DNA of 64,000 nucleotides from Alkalispirochaeta sp. (lineage in GTDB: Bacteria; Spirochaetota; Spirochaetia; DSM-27196; Alkalispirochaetaceae). Of this stretch, positions 1 through 10,917 are shown piece by piece (the first letter of the stretch is position 1; every line of letters begins with the position of its first letter). The position numbers and the translations under genes were made by a program. Under the pieces are notes generated by a model. It searched no databases. It was not told where the DNA came from and saw nothing but the letters and a program-made list of their open reading frames with translations. The stretch lies in the NCBI GenBank assembly GCA_965242725.1, contig CBDESZ010000021.1, positions 32,001-96,000 on the forward strand, in the 5' to 3' direction.

Positions 1-432
1 GTCTACTTTGACCAGCAGACACGGCTCCTGGGAATACCCGCAGGTACGAAGGAAATGCTCTTCTCCGTACGCATAGACGTCATTGCGGGGCTTGACCTCG
101 ACGAATCAGTTACGGTAGAGCCCGGAAATCGGCGAAAAAGGGAAGTCTTTGTCACCCTCCCCGCTCCGCGAATCCTGAGAGTGACGGCACAGGAGGATAC
201 AATAGACCAGTATTTTGTCCACTCCGGACTGGGAACGATCGACTGGCTGTACGTCACGGATCTCCTTGAGGCGGCAAAGGAAAAGAACAGGGACGACGCG
301 GTAAGCCGGGGCATCCTGGACCGCGCCCGGAGCCATGGTGAAGTTGTCCTGAGGGGACTCCTCACCGCTGCGGGGTATGAGACGATCCACATTCGATTTC
401 GCAGCGCCGGAAGGGATGAATTGCGGGGATAG
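1..432 (+). CDS. DUF4230-like protein, 5' truncated by window edge
   Basis: Frame open from base 1 (VYFDQQTRLLGIP...); 'VIAGLDL...VTLPAPRIL...GILDRARSHGEVVLRGLLTAAGYETI' fits the DUF4230 pattern. Confidence 0.7.
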   Translation, partial: VYFDQQTRLLGIPAGTKEMLFSVRIDVIAGLDLDESVTVEPGNRRKREVFVTLPAPRILRVTAQEDTIDQYFVHSGLGTIDWLYVTDLLEAAKEKNRDDAVSRGILDRARSHGEVVLRGLLTAAGYETIHIRFRSAGRDELRG

Positions 433-434
433 GT

Positions 435-1193
435 ATGAAAGGGAGTGATCGTGACGGAAACACCAGCAAGGGTAACGCCGGGCGAAAGGGCGGATTCCGC
501 TCCCGTGCGGGGAGCTCCCTTGTCACAATCCTCGTCATCGCGCTCGCAATCGCGATCCTTGCCGGAGGAGCGTATATTCTCGCAGGACGGACCGGCTTCC
601 TCCCCTCGGTGGTGAAGCGCACCCAGCGGGGAGGTTCTCAGGGACTCCTCACCGCCGTCGCCGACATATCGGAACTTGAGACGCTGGCCTACGTCCGGCG
701 GACCGTTTTTCCCCACGACTACCTCCAGCCTGATCTCACCATGACCGCCCTGGTTCGCCTCATTACCGCCCGGGGCGGCGATGCGGAATCGGCGCTGACG
801 CCGACGGAGTTATCCCATTTTCACGCCGCAAACCTCGCTTCCGAGCTTGGACTCGCGACGCGGCGCGATCAGGGTGGTTACGTTGTTGTCACCGCGGTGT
901 ACCGGTTCGGGTATGAAATAGAGACACTGATGGATTACATTGAAACGGTGGATTTTGAGGAGGAACGATCGCGCATACTTGGCGATCTGCCGAAGGGAAG
1001 CCTCCTCTCGGTGGAAATCGAGGATCTCCGCAGGGACCGGTATCCCTATGGTCCCGTTCCGGTGGACGCCGACGGATGGCAGCGCCTTACCTCATTTGTT
1101 GTGAATGAGGGGCTTCCCCCGGAGCGCATGGCCGAGATGGAAGAACGGAGCAAAGAACAGGGTGCACACATCCTGAGGCGACTGATGTGGTGA
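435..1193 (+). CDS. Membrane-anchored hypothetical protein, possibly DUF4230-related
   Basis: 252 aa; N-terminal TM segment; 'ISELETLAY' motif; starts 2 bp after the upstream stop. Confidence 0.6.
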   Translation: MKGSDRDGNTSKGNAGRKGGFRSRAGSSLVTILVIALAIAILAGGAYILAGRTGFLPSVVKRTQRGGSQGLLTAVADISELETLAYVRRTVFPHDYLQPDLTMTALVRLITARGGDAESALTPTELSHFHAANLASELGLATRRDQGGYVVVTAVYRFGYEIETLMDYIETVDFEEERSRILGDLPKGSLLSVEIEDLRRDRYPYGPVPVDADGWQRLTSFVVNEGLPPERMAEMEERSKEQGAHILRRLMW

Positions 1194-1347
1194 CAACCGC
1201 GTATATAGAATCGTGTTGCGCCGCCGGGGACATGACGATGTCGCAGCATATACGTCACAATCCAAAGAAAGACGATACGGGGGGTTGTCAATTCCGCGTA
1301 AAGTTGATATTTTCTATATATAATTTTTTAGATGACTGGAGATGACT

Positions 1348-1710
1348 ATGACTGAGCATTTAACCAAACAGACCTTCCTGGACAAGGTTTTTAACTACGA
1401 AGTAAACAAGGAGTGGAAGTACGAAGGTGACAAACCCGCGATTATCGACTTCTACGCCGACTGGTGCGGACCGTGCAAGATGGTAGCCCCCATTCTGGAG
1501 GAGCTCTCCGACGAGTACGCAGACAAGGTCCATATTTACAAGATCGATACCGACGCGGAGCAGGAACTGGCCTCGGTCTTCGGGATTCAGAGTATTCCTT
1601 CGATGCTCTTCATTCCCGTGGGCGACAAGCCGCAAATGGCGGTGGGAGCCCTGCCCAAGGACTCCATCGAGCAGGCGATGCAGGAAGTTCTGAAGGTAGA
1701 GACCGCATAA
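1348..1710 (+). CDS. trxA: Thioredoxin
   Basis: DFYADWCGPCK active site; GGAG RBS favours ATG 1348 (alternative 1342). Confidence 0.95.
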   Translation: MTEHLTKQTFLDKVFNYEVNKEWKYEGDKPAIIDFYADWCGPCKMVAPILEELSDEYADKVHIYKIDTDAEQELASVFGIQSIPSMLFIPVGDKPQMAVGALPKDSIEQAMQEVLKVETA

Positions 1711-1733
1711 TCGCCGGTTATCGACGACACATA

Positions 1734-1763
1734 AAAAAAGCCTCCCCATGGGGAGGCTTTTTT
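1734..1763. terminator. Bidirectional rho-independent terminator
   Basis: Perfect 30-bp palindrome AAAAAAGCCTCCCCATGGGGAGGCTTTTTT between convergent genes. Confidence 0.9.
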
Positions 1764-1842
1764 GTACATGCAATCCACGCCGGCGGGACAAGACGGACGG
1801 GCGGTCGCGGACCGTCCGCCGTTATTCATTCCGCCGTCATTC

Positions 1843-2385
1843 TTACATCCCCCGGGAAAAGGCAAAATTGATGCCCGTCATGAGGCGGGACGCGCTGTTA
1901 ATCCATGTATCGCCGCCGATGAGGAGGTCCTGCTGATACTCCACAAACCAGCTCATGATCGGATGAACCTTGACGCGCATCGCACCTTTCACATAGGGGC
2001 CCATATAAAAACGGAACTCCTCTTCTCCCGTTTCATGGGTATTGATGTTGAAGACGGGCGTCAGACCGGTCCCGAAGAGGAAGGTCACCCGATCCTGGGG
2101 AAAGGTGAAGTTCAGCCCCACATTTGCCGGAAGAACGAGGCGCGGCCTGACCTCACCCGCTTCATCCTTTGCGGTTGTGATATTGAACTCTCCACCGACG
2201 TTCAGTTCCAGACCATCCTGCAACTCATGGAGATATGTCGCCGAAAGGGCGGTAAGATACGTCGTTTCATATCGAAAAAAATTGACGCCGATTCCGGCTG
2301 AAAATGAACTCTGCCCGTAGGCGGTCGCCGTCGATATCATCACAAAAATGACGGCCAGAAGCGTCACTCCCTGCGTGCGTTTCAT
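1843..2385 (-). CDS. Small outer-membrane beta-barrel-like protein
   Basis: GGAGG RBS; Sec signal (MKRTQGVTLLAVIFV..AYG); alternating amphipathic strands; C-terminal 'GINFAF'. Confidence 0.65.
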   Translation of the reverse strand: MKRTQGVTLLAVIFVMISTATAYGQSSFSAGIGVNFFRYETTYLTALSATYLHELQDGLELNVGGEFNITTAKDEAGEVRPRLVLPANVGLNFTFPQDRVTFLFGTGLTPVFNINTHETGEEEFRFYMGPYVKGAMRVKVHPIMSWFVEYQQDLLIGGDTWINSASRLMTGINFAFSRGM

Positions 2386-2462
2386 GTATGTTCCTCCCGT
2401 TGCACGTTCCTGCACATATAGTGTAATTGTCGACAGTATATCCCGGAGCGTTAACGATCTCA

Positions 2463-2492
2463 TTGACGGCGCCGGAACGCATTGGGTACCAT
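2463..2492 (+). promoter_or_regulatory. sigma70-like promoter of leuS, probably leaderless
   Basis: TTGACG-N18-TACCAT-N6-ATG; no SD. Confidence 0.55.
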
Positions 2493-2498
2493 GCCGCC

Positions 2499-4970
2499 AT
2501 GAAGAAATACCCCTTTCGCGAAATTGAACAAAAGTGGCAACGCTACTGGAAGGAGAACGGAACCTTCAAGGCGACGGAAGATCCGTCGATACCGAAGGAA
2601 CGGAGACGGTACGTTCTGGACATGTTTCCCTATCCTTCCGCTGCAGGGCTCCATGTCGGACATCCCGAGGGTTACACCGCGACGGATATTTATTGCCGGT
2701 TCCTGCGAATGAAGGGGTACAACGTTCTCCATCCCATGGGGTTCGACAGCTTCGGCCTGCCCGCAGAAAACTACGCCGTCCAGACGGGAACTCATCCAAA
2801 GACGACGACGGAAGCAAATATCGACCGCTTCCGCGAGCAGATACAGAGCCTCGGTTTCAGCTACGACTGGGACCGGGAGGTGAGCACCCATCGGCAAGAT
2901 TACTACAAGTGGACACAGTGGATCTTTCTCAAACTGTGGGAGAAGGGTCTCGCCTACGTCGCCGAGATTCCCATGTGGTATTGCGAAGCCCTCGGCACGG
3001 TACTCGCCAATGAAGAAGTTATTTCCACGCCTGAGGGACCCCGGAGCGAACGGGGGAACCACCCGGTGGAGCGGCGTCCATTGCGTCAGTGGATGCTCAG
3101 GATCACCGAATACGCGGACCGCCTCCTGGACGGACTTGAGACGCTTGACTGGCCGGAATCGATCAAGGCGATGCAGCGGAACTGGATAGGCCGTTCCGAA
3201 GGCGCAAACGTCACTTTCCCCCTTGCGGATCCGGAACGGGCGGAACTGGCTTCGGTCCCGCCGCAGGAGAGACACATAGAGGTGTACACCACCCGCCCGG
3301 ACACGCTCTTCGGGGCGACCTACATGGTCATGGCCCCGGAACACGCCCTTGTTCCCGCGCTGACCACGCCGGAGCAGGCGGCGGCGGTACGGGCATATGT
3401 CGACGCGACGCGCCTGAAAAGCGATCTGGAGCGTACGGAGCTTTCCAAGGAAAAGACGGGAGTCTTTACCGGCTCCTATGCGATCAATCCCGTCAACGGC
3501 GTAAAAATACCGATCTGGATCTCAGACTACATTCTCGCCAGCTACGGGACCGGTGCGATCATGGCGGTACCCGGCCATGATGAGCGGGACTGGGAGTTTG
3601 CCGTCAAATTTGACCTGCCCATCCTCAAGGTAGTAGCCCAAAGCAGGGAAGAAGACCCGACGGAGCCCCTCATCCGAGCGACCCCGGAATACGGGTATTC
3701 CGTGAACAGCGGACAGTTTTCCGGGTTGCCTACCGCGGACGCAAAATCGGCCATTATCGACTGGCTGGAAGAGCGGGGCGACGGCCAGCGGGCAGTCAAC
3801 TACAAGCTCCGGGACTGGATTTTCAGCCGCCAGCGCTACTGGGGAGAGCCGATTCCCCTGGTGGAATGTGACGGCGAGTATTACCCCATACCGTATGATC
3901 AGCTGCCGGTGACGCTGCCTGAGGTTGAAAGTTATAAACCCACGGGAACGGGTGAAAGCCCCCTTGCCACCGTGACGGAGTGGGTGGAATGTCCATGCCC
4001 CGACGGCAGCGGCCGCATTGGACGACGGGAGACCAACACCATGCCCCAATGGGCGGGAAGCTGCTGGTATTATCTGCGCTACCTCGATCCCCGCAACGAA
4101 ACGGAATTTGCCGGCCGCGACAAGATCGACTACTGGATGCCCGTTGACCTCTACGTGGGCGGCGCGGAGCACGCGGTGCTACACCTCCTGTATGCACGGT
4201 TCTGGCATAAGGTGCTCTTTGACATCGGTGTGGTGAATACCGATGAACCCTTCATGAGGCTGGTAAACCAGGGGATGATCCTTGGCGAAAACGGCGTCAA
4301 AATGTCGAAGAGTCTCGGCAACGTCATCAATCCCGACGACATCGTCACGGAATTCGGCGCGGACAGCATGCGCGTCTATGAGATGTTTATGGGACCGCTG
4401 CAACAGGAAAAGCCGTGGTCTACCCAGGGGCTCACCGGCGTATACCGCTTTCTCGATCGGGTGTGGCGCCTCACGGAGCGCCCGGTGACCGACGACCACC
4501 CGGATGAGGAGCTGTTGCGGGTCCTCCACAAGACGATCAGGAAGGTTGGAGCGGACACGGAGAGGCTCACCTTCAATACGGCGATCAGCCAGATGATGAT
4601 TTTCATTAACGAGCTCTACAAGAGGGACAATCTTCCCCGGCTTGTGTGGGAGCCTTTTATTCAGCTCCTCTCGCCCTATGCGCCGCACCTGGCGGAAGAG
4701 CTCTGGGAGATGATCGGCAACACCGCGCCGGTATCGCTTTCTCCCTGGCCCGGGTATGACGAAAAACTCACCGTCGACGATGAAGTTGAGATCGTTGTGC
4801 AGGTCAATGGAAAGATTCGCGCTCGCTTCTCCGCCGCCGCCGGTACGGACCGGGAGGCTCTCCAGGAGACCGCCCTTCAGCTGGAGCGAATACAGGCGTT
4901 GACCGAGGGGAAAAAGCTGGTCAAGGTGATCGCCGTTCCCGATAAACTCGTCAATATCGTGGTGAAGTGA
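2499..4970 (+). CDS. leuS: Leucine--tRNA ligase
   Basis: [14 protein letters not shown] (HIGH), KMSKS, TTRPDT editing domain, [11 protein letters not shown]. Confidence 0.98.
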   Translation: MKKYPFREIEQKWQRYWKENGTFKATEDPSIPKERRRYVLDMFPYPSAAGLHVGHPEGYTATDIYCRFLRMKGYNVLHPMGFDSFGLPAENYAVQTGTHPKTTTEANIDRFREQIQSLGFSYDWDREVSTHRQDYYKWTQWIFLKLWEKGLAYVAEIPMWYCEALGTVLANEEVISTPEGPRSERGNHPVERRPLRQWMLRITEYADRLLDGLETLDWPESIKAMQRNWIGRSEGANVTFPLADPERAELASVPPQERHIEVYTTRPDTLFGATYMVMAPEHALVPALTTPEQAAAVRAYVDATRLKSDLERTELSKEKTGVFTGSYAINPVNGVKIPIWISDYILASYGTGAIMAVPGHDERDWEFAVKFDLPILKVVAQSREEDPTEPLIRATPEYGYSVNSGQFSGLPTADAKSAIIDWLEERGDGQRAVNYKLRDWIFSRQRYWGEPIPLVECDGEYYPIPYDQLPVTLPEVESYKPTGTGESPLATVTEWVECPCPDGSGRIGRRETNTMPQWAGSCWYYLRYLDPRNETEFAGRDKIDYWMPVDLYVGGAEHAVLHLLYARFWHKVLFDIGVVNTDEPFMRLVNQGMILGENGVKMSKSLGNVINPDDIVTEFGADSMRVYEMFMGPLQQEKPWSTQGLTGVYRFLDRVWRLTERPVTDDHPDEELLRVLHKTIRKVGADTERLTFNTAISQMMIFINELYKRDNLPRLVWEPFIQLLSPYAPHLAEELWEMIGNTAPVSLSPWPGYDEKLTVDDEVEIVVQVNGKIRARFSAAAGTDREALQETALQLERIQALTEGKKLVKVIAVPDKLVNIVVK

Positions 4971-5883
4971 GACCGACGGAAAAGACGTGATACGATCCAT
5001 GACCCTCCTCGTCGCGAGTGAGGGTCATTTTCTGTATGACCCCCTGAACGCGCGGATGGGGACGCCACAGCGAACGGACCTCTCCCGTCGCGACGGGCAC
5101 CGTCCAGAATGTGTAATCTCCCGCCACTACAGGGCGGCATACCGGCGTCCGCTGATCGTCGGTGAACCACGCCGAAGGGCCCGCCGCGGGTTCCGTTGAC
5201 GCCGCTGTTGTCGGTCCGCCTCCGCCGCTTGTCCCGCCTGCCGCCCCTGAGGGTTCCCGCACGACCAATGGATATCTCTCCCTCCGGCGCACGTGATACC
5301 GGCGGAACGCGAGTGATCTCAGACCATTCGCCACGCGATCGGTATCAATCAGCTCCGCTCCGCCTGCAAGCTCCTGGTCGACGGCGTACTGAAGACGCTC
5401 AATATTCACCAGTTCCGGGGCAAGACCGTCCGCAGCCACCTCGAGGATCGCATCCGCGATGAATCCCCGGGGCAGGGACAGGACGCACTCCGTCTCCGGC
5501 GGAAAAACCCATCCGCCATATCCACACAGCTCAGCCTGTATCGATTCTATGCGCGGGACCGCCAGAAAAACGAGGCATTCCGCGCCACCCCGGGCGGGCA
5601 CGATCTCCACCACATGTTCAGTGTCGATCCGGCGACGGGAGAGCACCGATTTCCTCACGCGGCGGCCGTCCCACCACGTGAGCGTCCAGTTGAGGCTGCG
5701 GGGAAAGGTCTTCGTTCCCTCGCCGTACCCCGTTACGGCAGGAAGGGTCACCGTTATTACCGCCGAGGGGTCGAAGAATGCACCCGGTCCGACAACGAGG
5801 GGGCATGCCGTCACAAGCGACACGGCCGCCACAAATCCCAGGAAGGCAGAACACCGGCGGGCACTCAGTAAATTTCGTACCAT
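4951..5883 (-). CDS. Hypothetical lipoprotein
   Basis: 310 aa; hydrophobic leader ending LVTAC; overlaps leuS 3' end by 20 bp; start uncertain. Confidence 0.55.
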   Translation of the reverse strand: MVRNLLSARRCSAFLGFVAAVSLVTACPLVVGPGAFFDPSAVITVTLPAVTGYGEGTKTFPRSLNWTLTWWDGRRVRKSVLSRRRIDTEHVVEIVPARGGAECLVFLAVPRIESIQAELCGYGGWVFPPETECVLSLPRGFIADAILEVAADGLAPELVNIERLQYAVDQELAGGAELIDTDRVANGLRSLAFRRYHVRRRERYPLVVREPSGAAGGTSGGGGPTTAASTEPAAGPSAWFTDDQRTPVCRPVVAGDYTFWTVPVATGEVRSLWRPHPRVQGVIQKMTLTRDEEGHGSYHVFSVGLTSPRY

Positions 5884-5976
5884 TTCATCGAAAAAGAGGG
5901 GGAAATATGGCGTCCCGCTTCACCAGAAACGCAATGGGGAAGTGACAGAGACGGTCCGGTCAATTACTATGTCCCT

Positions 5977-7392
5977 ATGGCCGACTTAGATGAGTTCACC
6001 GCCCAACTGGAGGGGGCAATTACCGCGCGGGGGGAGTATATTCAATCGCAGGTGTACCCGCAGCTGAAAGAGCATTTTCGCACCATGCGATCCAGTTTTG
6101 AGGCGATTTACAACACGTTGAAAAAGAAAGGACTCATCGCCGATGATCCCTACCGCTATGAAGAACGTGTTTCCGCGCTCGATGTTCCCTCGGACGCCCC
6201 GTACCTGGACAGCGAGAAGGACAAGGAGCTCAGCAATCGTCTGAACCAGTATCATATCCGTCTGGAGTACCTCACGGAGTACTATGACTTCTCGTCGAAC
6301 AGTCTGACACTCAAGGAGCTGAAAGAGCTCGTCAAGTTTGTGAAGTACATCAATTGGCGCAATTTTTCGGAAACCGCCACCCAGCCGACGACGAGAGGGC
6401 TGGCGGAGCAGGTTCTCAAGGTGAAGCGGGGATCCGACCAGCTGTCCATAAACATTGTGAAGGACTCCCAGGAGCAGCTCAACAGGGCCAGCGGCACACT
6501 GCAGAAGCTCCTGAAAGAGATCACCACCTATTATCGGGAGTGGTACAAGTTCCAGATTCGGGTTTTTATCCTCGGTCGCTACGACGTTCCGGAGGCGCCG
6601 GACAGCAGCGGATACGACGCCGCTGCGCGCGCCGTCAAGGCGGCGCTCCCCAAAGCGCTGCCGGGACAACCCTACGCCCGGGACCTGGTGCTTGAGATTT
6701 TTTCCGAGAACGATCCCGTCGATGGGGCGGCGTCGCGGGAGACCCTGCTGGACGTTCTCGCCGTCCCGGATACCGGCGAGACGAAGAAAAAAGGTCCCGA
6801 CCTCAAACCGCTCCTCCTCGACGCTACGCGGTCCCTCGCCGCATGCAGCAGGTCCCTTGATGAGGCGGCACAGAAAATGGAAGACAACGCCCTCGTCCTT
6901 GAGAGCCGGAAACTGAGCTTCCGGGAAATGCTCCGCCGCATTTGGGATTATATGCGCGGGCGGGAACAGGACACCCACGTATACCTCGTCGACTACCTTG
7001 ATGAATCAACAAACACCCGCAAGACCGACGAAATTTCGTTTGAGCCCTTTATCGCAACGGTACGGAAACGGGCCCGCATCTATGCGGGTATACTGAGCAA
7101 AGGCGGCCAGCCATGGCGCAAGCTGCAGAACTCATCGGAAGACGCGGTCCTGAATTTCCTGCGCAAGGATATTCAGGAGATCACCGTCATGGTGCGTCGC
7201 TTTGAGTCACTGGACACGTTCTTTCGTGCCGAGGTTCCCCGGGACCAGCGATCCCAGCTGCGGGGTATCAACGTTGAGGTCATGACCATAAAGGACAATA
7301 TCGTCCGGACCCGCAAGAAGACGCAGCAATACGTTGCAAAGACTGAAGAGATACAGCAATTGCGCAAACTCGGCATTGAGGACGTGCAGTAG
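5977..7392 (+). CDS. Hypothetical alpha-helical cytoplasmic protein
   Basis: 471 aa charged/helical ORF; GTGACA-N17-TACTAT-N6-ATG upstream. Confidence 0.8.
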   Translation: MADLDEFTAQLEGAITARGEYIQSQVYPQLKEHFRTMRSSFEAIYNTLKKKGLIADDPYRYEERVSALDVPSDAPYLDSEKDKELSNRLNQYHIRLEYLTEYYDFSSNSLTLKELKELVKFVKYINWRNFSETATQPTTRGLAEQVLKVKRGSDQLSINIVKDSQEQLNRASGTLQKLLKEITTYYREWYKFQIRVFILGRYDVPEAPDSSGYDAAARAVKAALPKALPGQPYARDLVLEIFSENDPVDGAASRETLLDVLAVPDTGETKKKGPDLKPLLLDATRSLAACSRSLDEAAQKMEDNALVLESRKLSFREMLRRIWDYMRGREQDTHVYLVDYLDESTNTRKTDEISFEPFIATVRKRARIYAGILSKGGQPWRKLQNSSEDAVLNFLRKDIQEITVMVRRFESLDTFFRAEVPRDQRSQLRGINVEVMTIKDNIVRTRKKTQQYVAKTEEIQQLRKLGIEDVQ

Positions 7393-7409
7393 CGCCCGCC
7401 CGCCCGGAC

Positions 7410-9341
7410 TTACATGCGCGCCGAGCGGTAGCGGCCGAGAATCTGCAAACCCCTGGACACCTTTTCCATCTCCGCCATACCGTCGGAAAACTGCTTTTCC
7501 TCCGCCGGAAGTTCGACATCGACGTAAAACATATACCGCCACGGCTCGCCGTGTATGGGTCGCGATTCAAGCTTTTTCATATTGAGTTCCCGGTCCGCCA
7601 GAATGCGCATACAGTCAAAGAGGGCGCCCGGTGTATCGGGTGTGGAAAAGACGATTGTCGCCATATCGGGATTCTGGGCCTGTGCGTTCTCTTCCCGCGC
7701 CAGGATGGCAAAACGGGTGTAATTCCGCGCATTGGTCTCAATGCTTTCCCGCAGCACCTTCATACCGTAATACGCCGCCGTCCGGGCGTGGGCGATCGCC
7801 GCCAGCGAGTCGTCACCGGCGTCCCGTACCCGCGCAACGGCACCGGCGGTGTCGTAAAAGGGCTGAATCTCCCACTCGGGATGGCGGTCGAGGAAGTCCC
7901 TGCACTGTTCAATTCCCGGTCCCTGGGAAATGACGGTCCTCACGGATTCCATCGTTGCCGTCGGGGTGCCGATGAGACTGTGCTGAATTCTGATTTGCGT
8001 CTCACCGACGATGCGCAGATCGGGGTATTGAAGAAGAAGATCGTAGTTTTCATGGATCGAACCCATCAGGGAGTTCTCCAGCGGGACGATGCCGAAGTCG
8101 GCGTCCCCTGCAAGGACCGTCTCAAAGACGTCGCGAAAATGGCGCCGTGACAGCGCCTCCACGGTACGTTCGTTCAGATCGAAGTAGCGCATCAGAGCGA
8201 TCTCACTGTAGGCGCCGCGAGCGCCCTGAAAGGCGACGCGCAGGGCGTCATCGTCACCACGCGTCGCTTCATGTTCGGAGGTGCGAATGTAGTGGTCCGT
8301 CGGGGCGATACGGTGGCGGTGGGGCAAACGGGCAACCTCCCGGCCGACCACCGGCGACATCGCCTCAATATCCCGCATGAGCTTTTCAAACTGCTCCGGG
8401 TAGAGCGTCTGGGGACCGTCGGAGAGCGCCCGGTCCGGCTCGGGGTGAACCTCCACGATCAGCCCGTCCGCCCCGGCGGCAACGCCGGCAAGACCGACGG
8501 GCAGCACCTTTTCGCGCAGCCCCGTGGCGTGGCTGGGATCGACAAATACGGGGAGGTGGCTCAGCTTTTTCACGACGGGAATTGAGGAAATATCGAGACT
8601 GTTGCGGGTGTAGGTCTCAAAGGTACGGATTCCCCGCTCGCAGAGAATGACGTCCTCCGCCCCGTGGGCCAGAAGGTACTCCGCCGCCATGAGCCACTCT
8701 TCAATCGTCGCCGCAAGGCCGCGTTTCAGCATGACCGGACGGTGCTCCGCACCTACCGTCTTGAGAAGCTCGAAGTTCTGCATATTCCGGGCACCGATCT
8801 GGAAGACGTCCACCAGATCACGCATGACATCGGCCTGGGCGGGAGAGACGATCTCCGATATGACGGGCATGCCGTATTGCTCGCCCGCCTCCTTGAGATA
8901 CTCCAGCCCCTCCCTGCCGAGGCCCTGAAAGGCGTAGGGAGAGGTACGGGGCTTGTACGCGCCGCCCCTGAGCATGACGCCCCCCGAATCTGCGACGATC
9001 TGGGCGGTCTCCATGATCTGGCTGCGGCTCTCAACGGCGCAGGGGCCCGCTATGACCACCAGTCGATTGCCGCCGACCTTGACGGGGCCGACCTGAAAAA
9101 CCGAATCATCCCGTTTGAACTCACGGGAGGCAAGCTTGTATGGCTTGGTGATGGGGACGACTTTGGCAACGCCGGGCTGCATTTCCACTTCCCGGATATC
9201 GATCTGAACGTTGCCGACGGCACCGAAAATCGTTTCCGCCGCGCCGACGACCTCTCTGACGGTAAAACCGTGGTTCTGCAGGAAGTTGCGCAGACCTTCT
9301 TTGTCCCGCTCTGAAATACCCTGCTCAAGTACTACTACCAT
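7410..9341 (-). CDS. aroF-pheA: Bifunctional DAHP synthase (type I-beta) / prephenate dehydratase
   Basis: IAGPCAVES, KPRTSPY, DPSH, then VAFQGARGAYSE, PLENS, NYTRF and ACT 'LESRP'. Confidence 0.92.
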   Translation of the reverse strand: MVVVLEQGISERDKEGLRNFLQNHGFTVREVVGAAETIFGAVGNVQIDIREVEMQPGVAKVVPITKPYKLASREFKRDDSVFQVGPVKVGGNRLVVIAGPCAVESRSQIMETAQIVADSGGVMLRGGAYKPRTSPYAFQGLGREGLEYLKEAGEQYGMPVISEIVSPAQADVMRDLVDVFQIGARNMQNFELLKTVGAEHRPVMLKRGLAATIEEWLMAAEYLLAHGAEDVILCERGIRTFETYTRNSLDISSIPVVKKLSHLPVFVDPSHATGLREKVLPVGLAGVAAGADGLIVEVHPEPDRALSDGPQTLYPEQFEKLMRDIEAMSPVVGREVARLPHRHRIAPTDHYIRTSEHEATRGDDDALRVAFQGARGAYSEIALMRYFDLNERTVEALSRRHFRDVFETVLAGDADFGIVPLENSLMGSIHENYDLLLQYPDLRIVGETQIRIQHSLIGTPTATMESVRTVISQGPGIEQCRDFLDRHPEWEIQPFYDTAGAVARVRDAGDDSLAAIAHARTAAYYGMKVLRESIETNARNYTRFAILAREENAQAQNPDMATIVFSTPDTPGALFDCMRILADRELNMKKLESRPIHGEPWRYMFYVDVELPAEEKQFSDGMAEMEKVSRGLQILGRYRSARM

Positions 9342-9356
9342 TGGAGTACTCTACCA

Positions 9357-10043
9357 TCAGGCGTTACGGATAGGGAACTCGGCGGTCATATATTGGCGAA
9401 ACTCACGTTCCAGGGATGACCGGAACTCTTTCATTCGTTCCACATAGATCAGGGTGGACCGCGGTGTCCGTCCCGCCCGCACCCGCGTGAGGCCGGCGTT
9501 ATAGACCGCCACCGCCTCCCACTCACTGTCGGTGTGGGTAAGGCACCATGTGAGATACTGAATTCCGTGGTAGGTATTGGTGTCGGGGTGGAAGAAATCC
9601 TCTTCCCGCAGCGTCACAAAGGTACGCGAGTTGAGCTGAAAGAGGCCGCGATCAACCGACGATGCGTTCCTGTTGACCGCCGCCGGTACATACCTGCTTT
9701 CCACCCAGGCGAGTGAAAAAACGAGGGAGAGGGAAATATCGGCCCTGTCGGCATGGTAGAGGATGGGCAGGGCGATTTCCGGCGAGCCGGTGAGATCGAT
9801 AAAAAAGTCAACGACCGCATCGTGGGTGAGATCCTCCCGATAGAGCGCCAGCATCGGTTTTTCACCCTCCAGGAGGTTGAGGACATTGGCATAGGACTCG
9901 GGATCATCGGTATCCATCGTCGCCGGCTCCCACGAAAAATTGAATCGCGGAACCGCCGATTCCTCTACTTCGGTAACTGCTACCGTTGTGCTACAACCAA
10001 GGACGGCACCTGCCGCCAGTAAAACGAGAACTTTATTGAGCAT
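9357..10043 (-). CDS. SLT-domain lytic transglycosylase, lipoprotein
   Basis: Lipobox VLGC; motifs VES, GLFQL, AVYNAG. Confidence 0.85.
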   Translation of the reverse strand: MLNKVLVLLAAGAVLGCSTTVAVTEVEESAVPRFNFSWEPATMDTDDPESYANVLNLLEGEKPMLALYREDLTHDAVVDFFIDLTGSPEIALPILYHADRADISLSLVFSLAWVESRYVPAAVNRNASSVDRGLFQLNSRTFVTLREEDFFHPDTNTYHGIQYLTWCLTHTDSEWEAVAVYNAGLTRVRAGRTPRSTLIYVERMKEFRSSLEREFRQYMTAEFPIRNA

Positions 10044-10842
10044 TGTGATGTACGCCTCTCTCTTGAGTACGAACGATCACCGCATGGCCGTTGAGGTTCC
10101 CGATCACAACTCCGTCGGTACGTGACCTCAACTCGTGAATCAGGGCGGTTACACCCTCGCAGCCGTAAAAACCGTAGTCGTCAAAAACAATAATTCCCCC
10201 CGGGGGAATGCGAGGCCACACCCACTCAAAAACATCCTTTGCCGACTGATACACGTCCACGTCGATATGGCAAAAGACAAACTTCCGATTTGCAATGCGA
10301 TGCGCCGTATCTTCGGGGAAGACCCCCTCCAACAATTTGAAATTTTGCAGTGCCAGACTATGAAGAAATGCCCCCACACTGTCAAGGCTCGTATCGGCGT
10401 GCTCACCTCCCCGATAATAGGGGTCCCGCTCCCCCGCCTTGGCGACTCCTGAAAAGGTATCCGCCAGAAAGAGGGTCCGTCTGCCCGGAGGCGCGGAATC
10501 GGTCGCACCGTCCGCATCATCCGTGTTCGCGGTATCCCCCGCCTCCACCGCGCCGTCGGAGACCGCGGCGTCCGTGACCGCGGCGTCGCGCAGACCCATG
10601 AGAGCGGCACTCCCGCCGCGCCACACACCGACCTCAAGAATGTCGCCGTCCAGGTGGGCAACCTGGGCAATCAGCTCCCAGAGTTCATAGAGCCGGGACT
10701 GGTCAAGGAGTGTATTGTTCCGAATCCGGTCCCATACCCGCAAAAACTCCATATCTCCCGTCCACGGCCGATAGTCCGCCGCAGGGGGCCAGAACCCGTA
10801 TCCCGGTGGAAAAACTCTGATCGGCAGGGTCTCGGAATCCAT
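10033..10842 (-). CDS. TylF/MycF-family O-methyltransferase
   Basis: GDILEVGVWRGGS, DTFSG, HIDVDVYQS, GGIIVFDDYG. Confidence 0.88.
   Translation of the reverse strand: MDSETLPIRVFPPGYGFWPPAADYRPWTGDMEFLRVWDRIRNNTLLDQSRLYELWELIAQVAHLDGDILEVGVWRGGSAALMGLRDAAVTDAAVSDGAVEAGDTANTDDADGATDSAPPGRRTLFLADTFSGVAKAGERDPYYRGGEHADTSLDSVGAFLHSLALQNFKLLEGVFPEDTAHRIANRKFVFCHIDVDVYQSAKDVFEWVWPRIPPGGIIVFDDYGFYGCEGVTALIHELRSRTDGVVIGNLNGHAVIVRTQERGVHHNAQ
10546..10590. repeat. Imperfect 15-bp tandem repeat x3 inside the TylF-like gene
   Basis: caccgcgccgtcgga / gaccgcggcgtccgt / gaccgcggcgtcgcg, encoding DAAVT-DAAVS-DGAVE. Confidence 0.75.
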
Positions 10843-10917
10843 ATTCCCATTCTACTACGTCCCCGGAACTCGATAACAGCCCTTGTCGCAACGGACGATC
10901 TTCAGTATATCCAAAGA

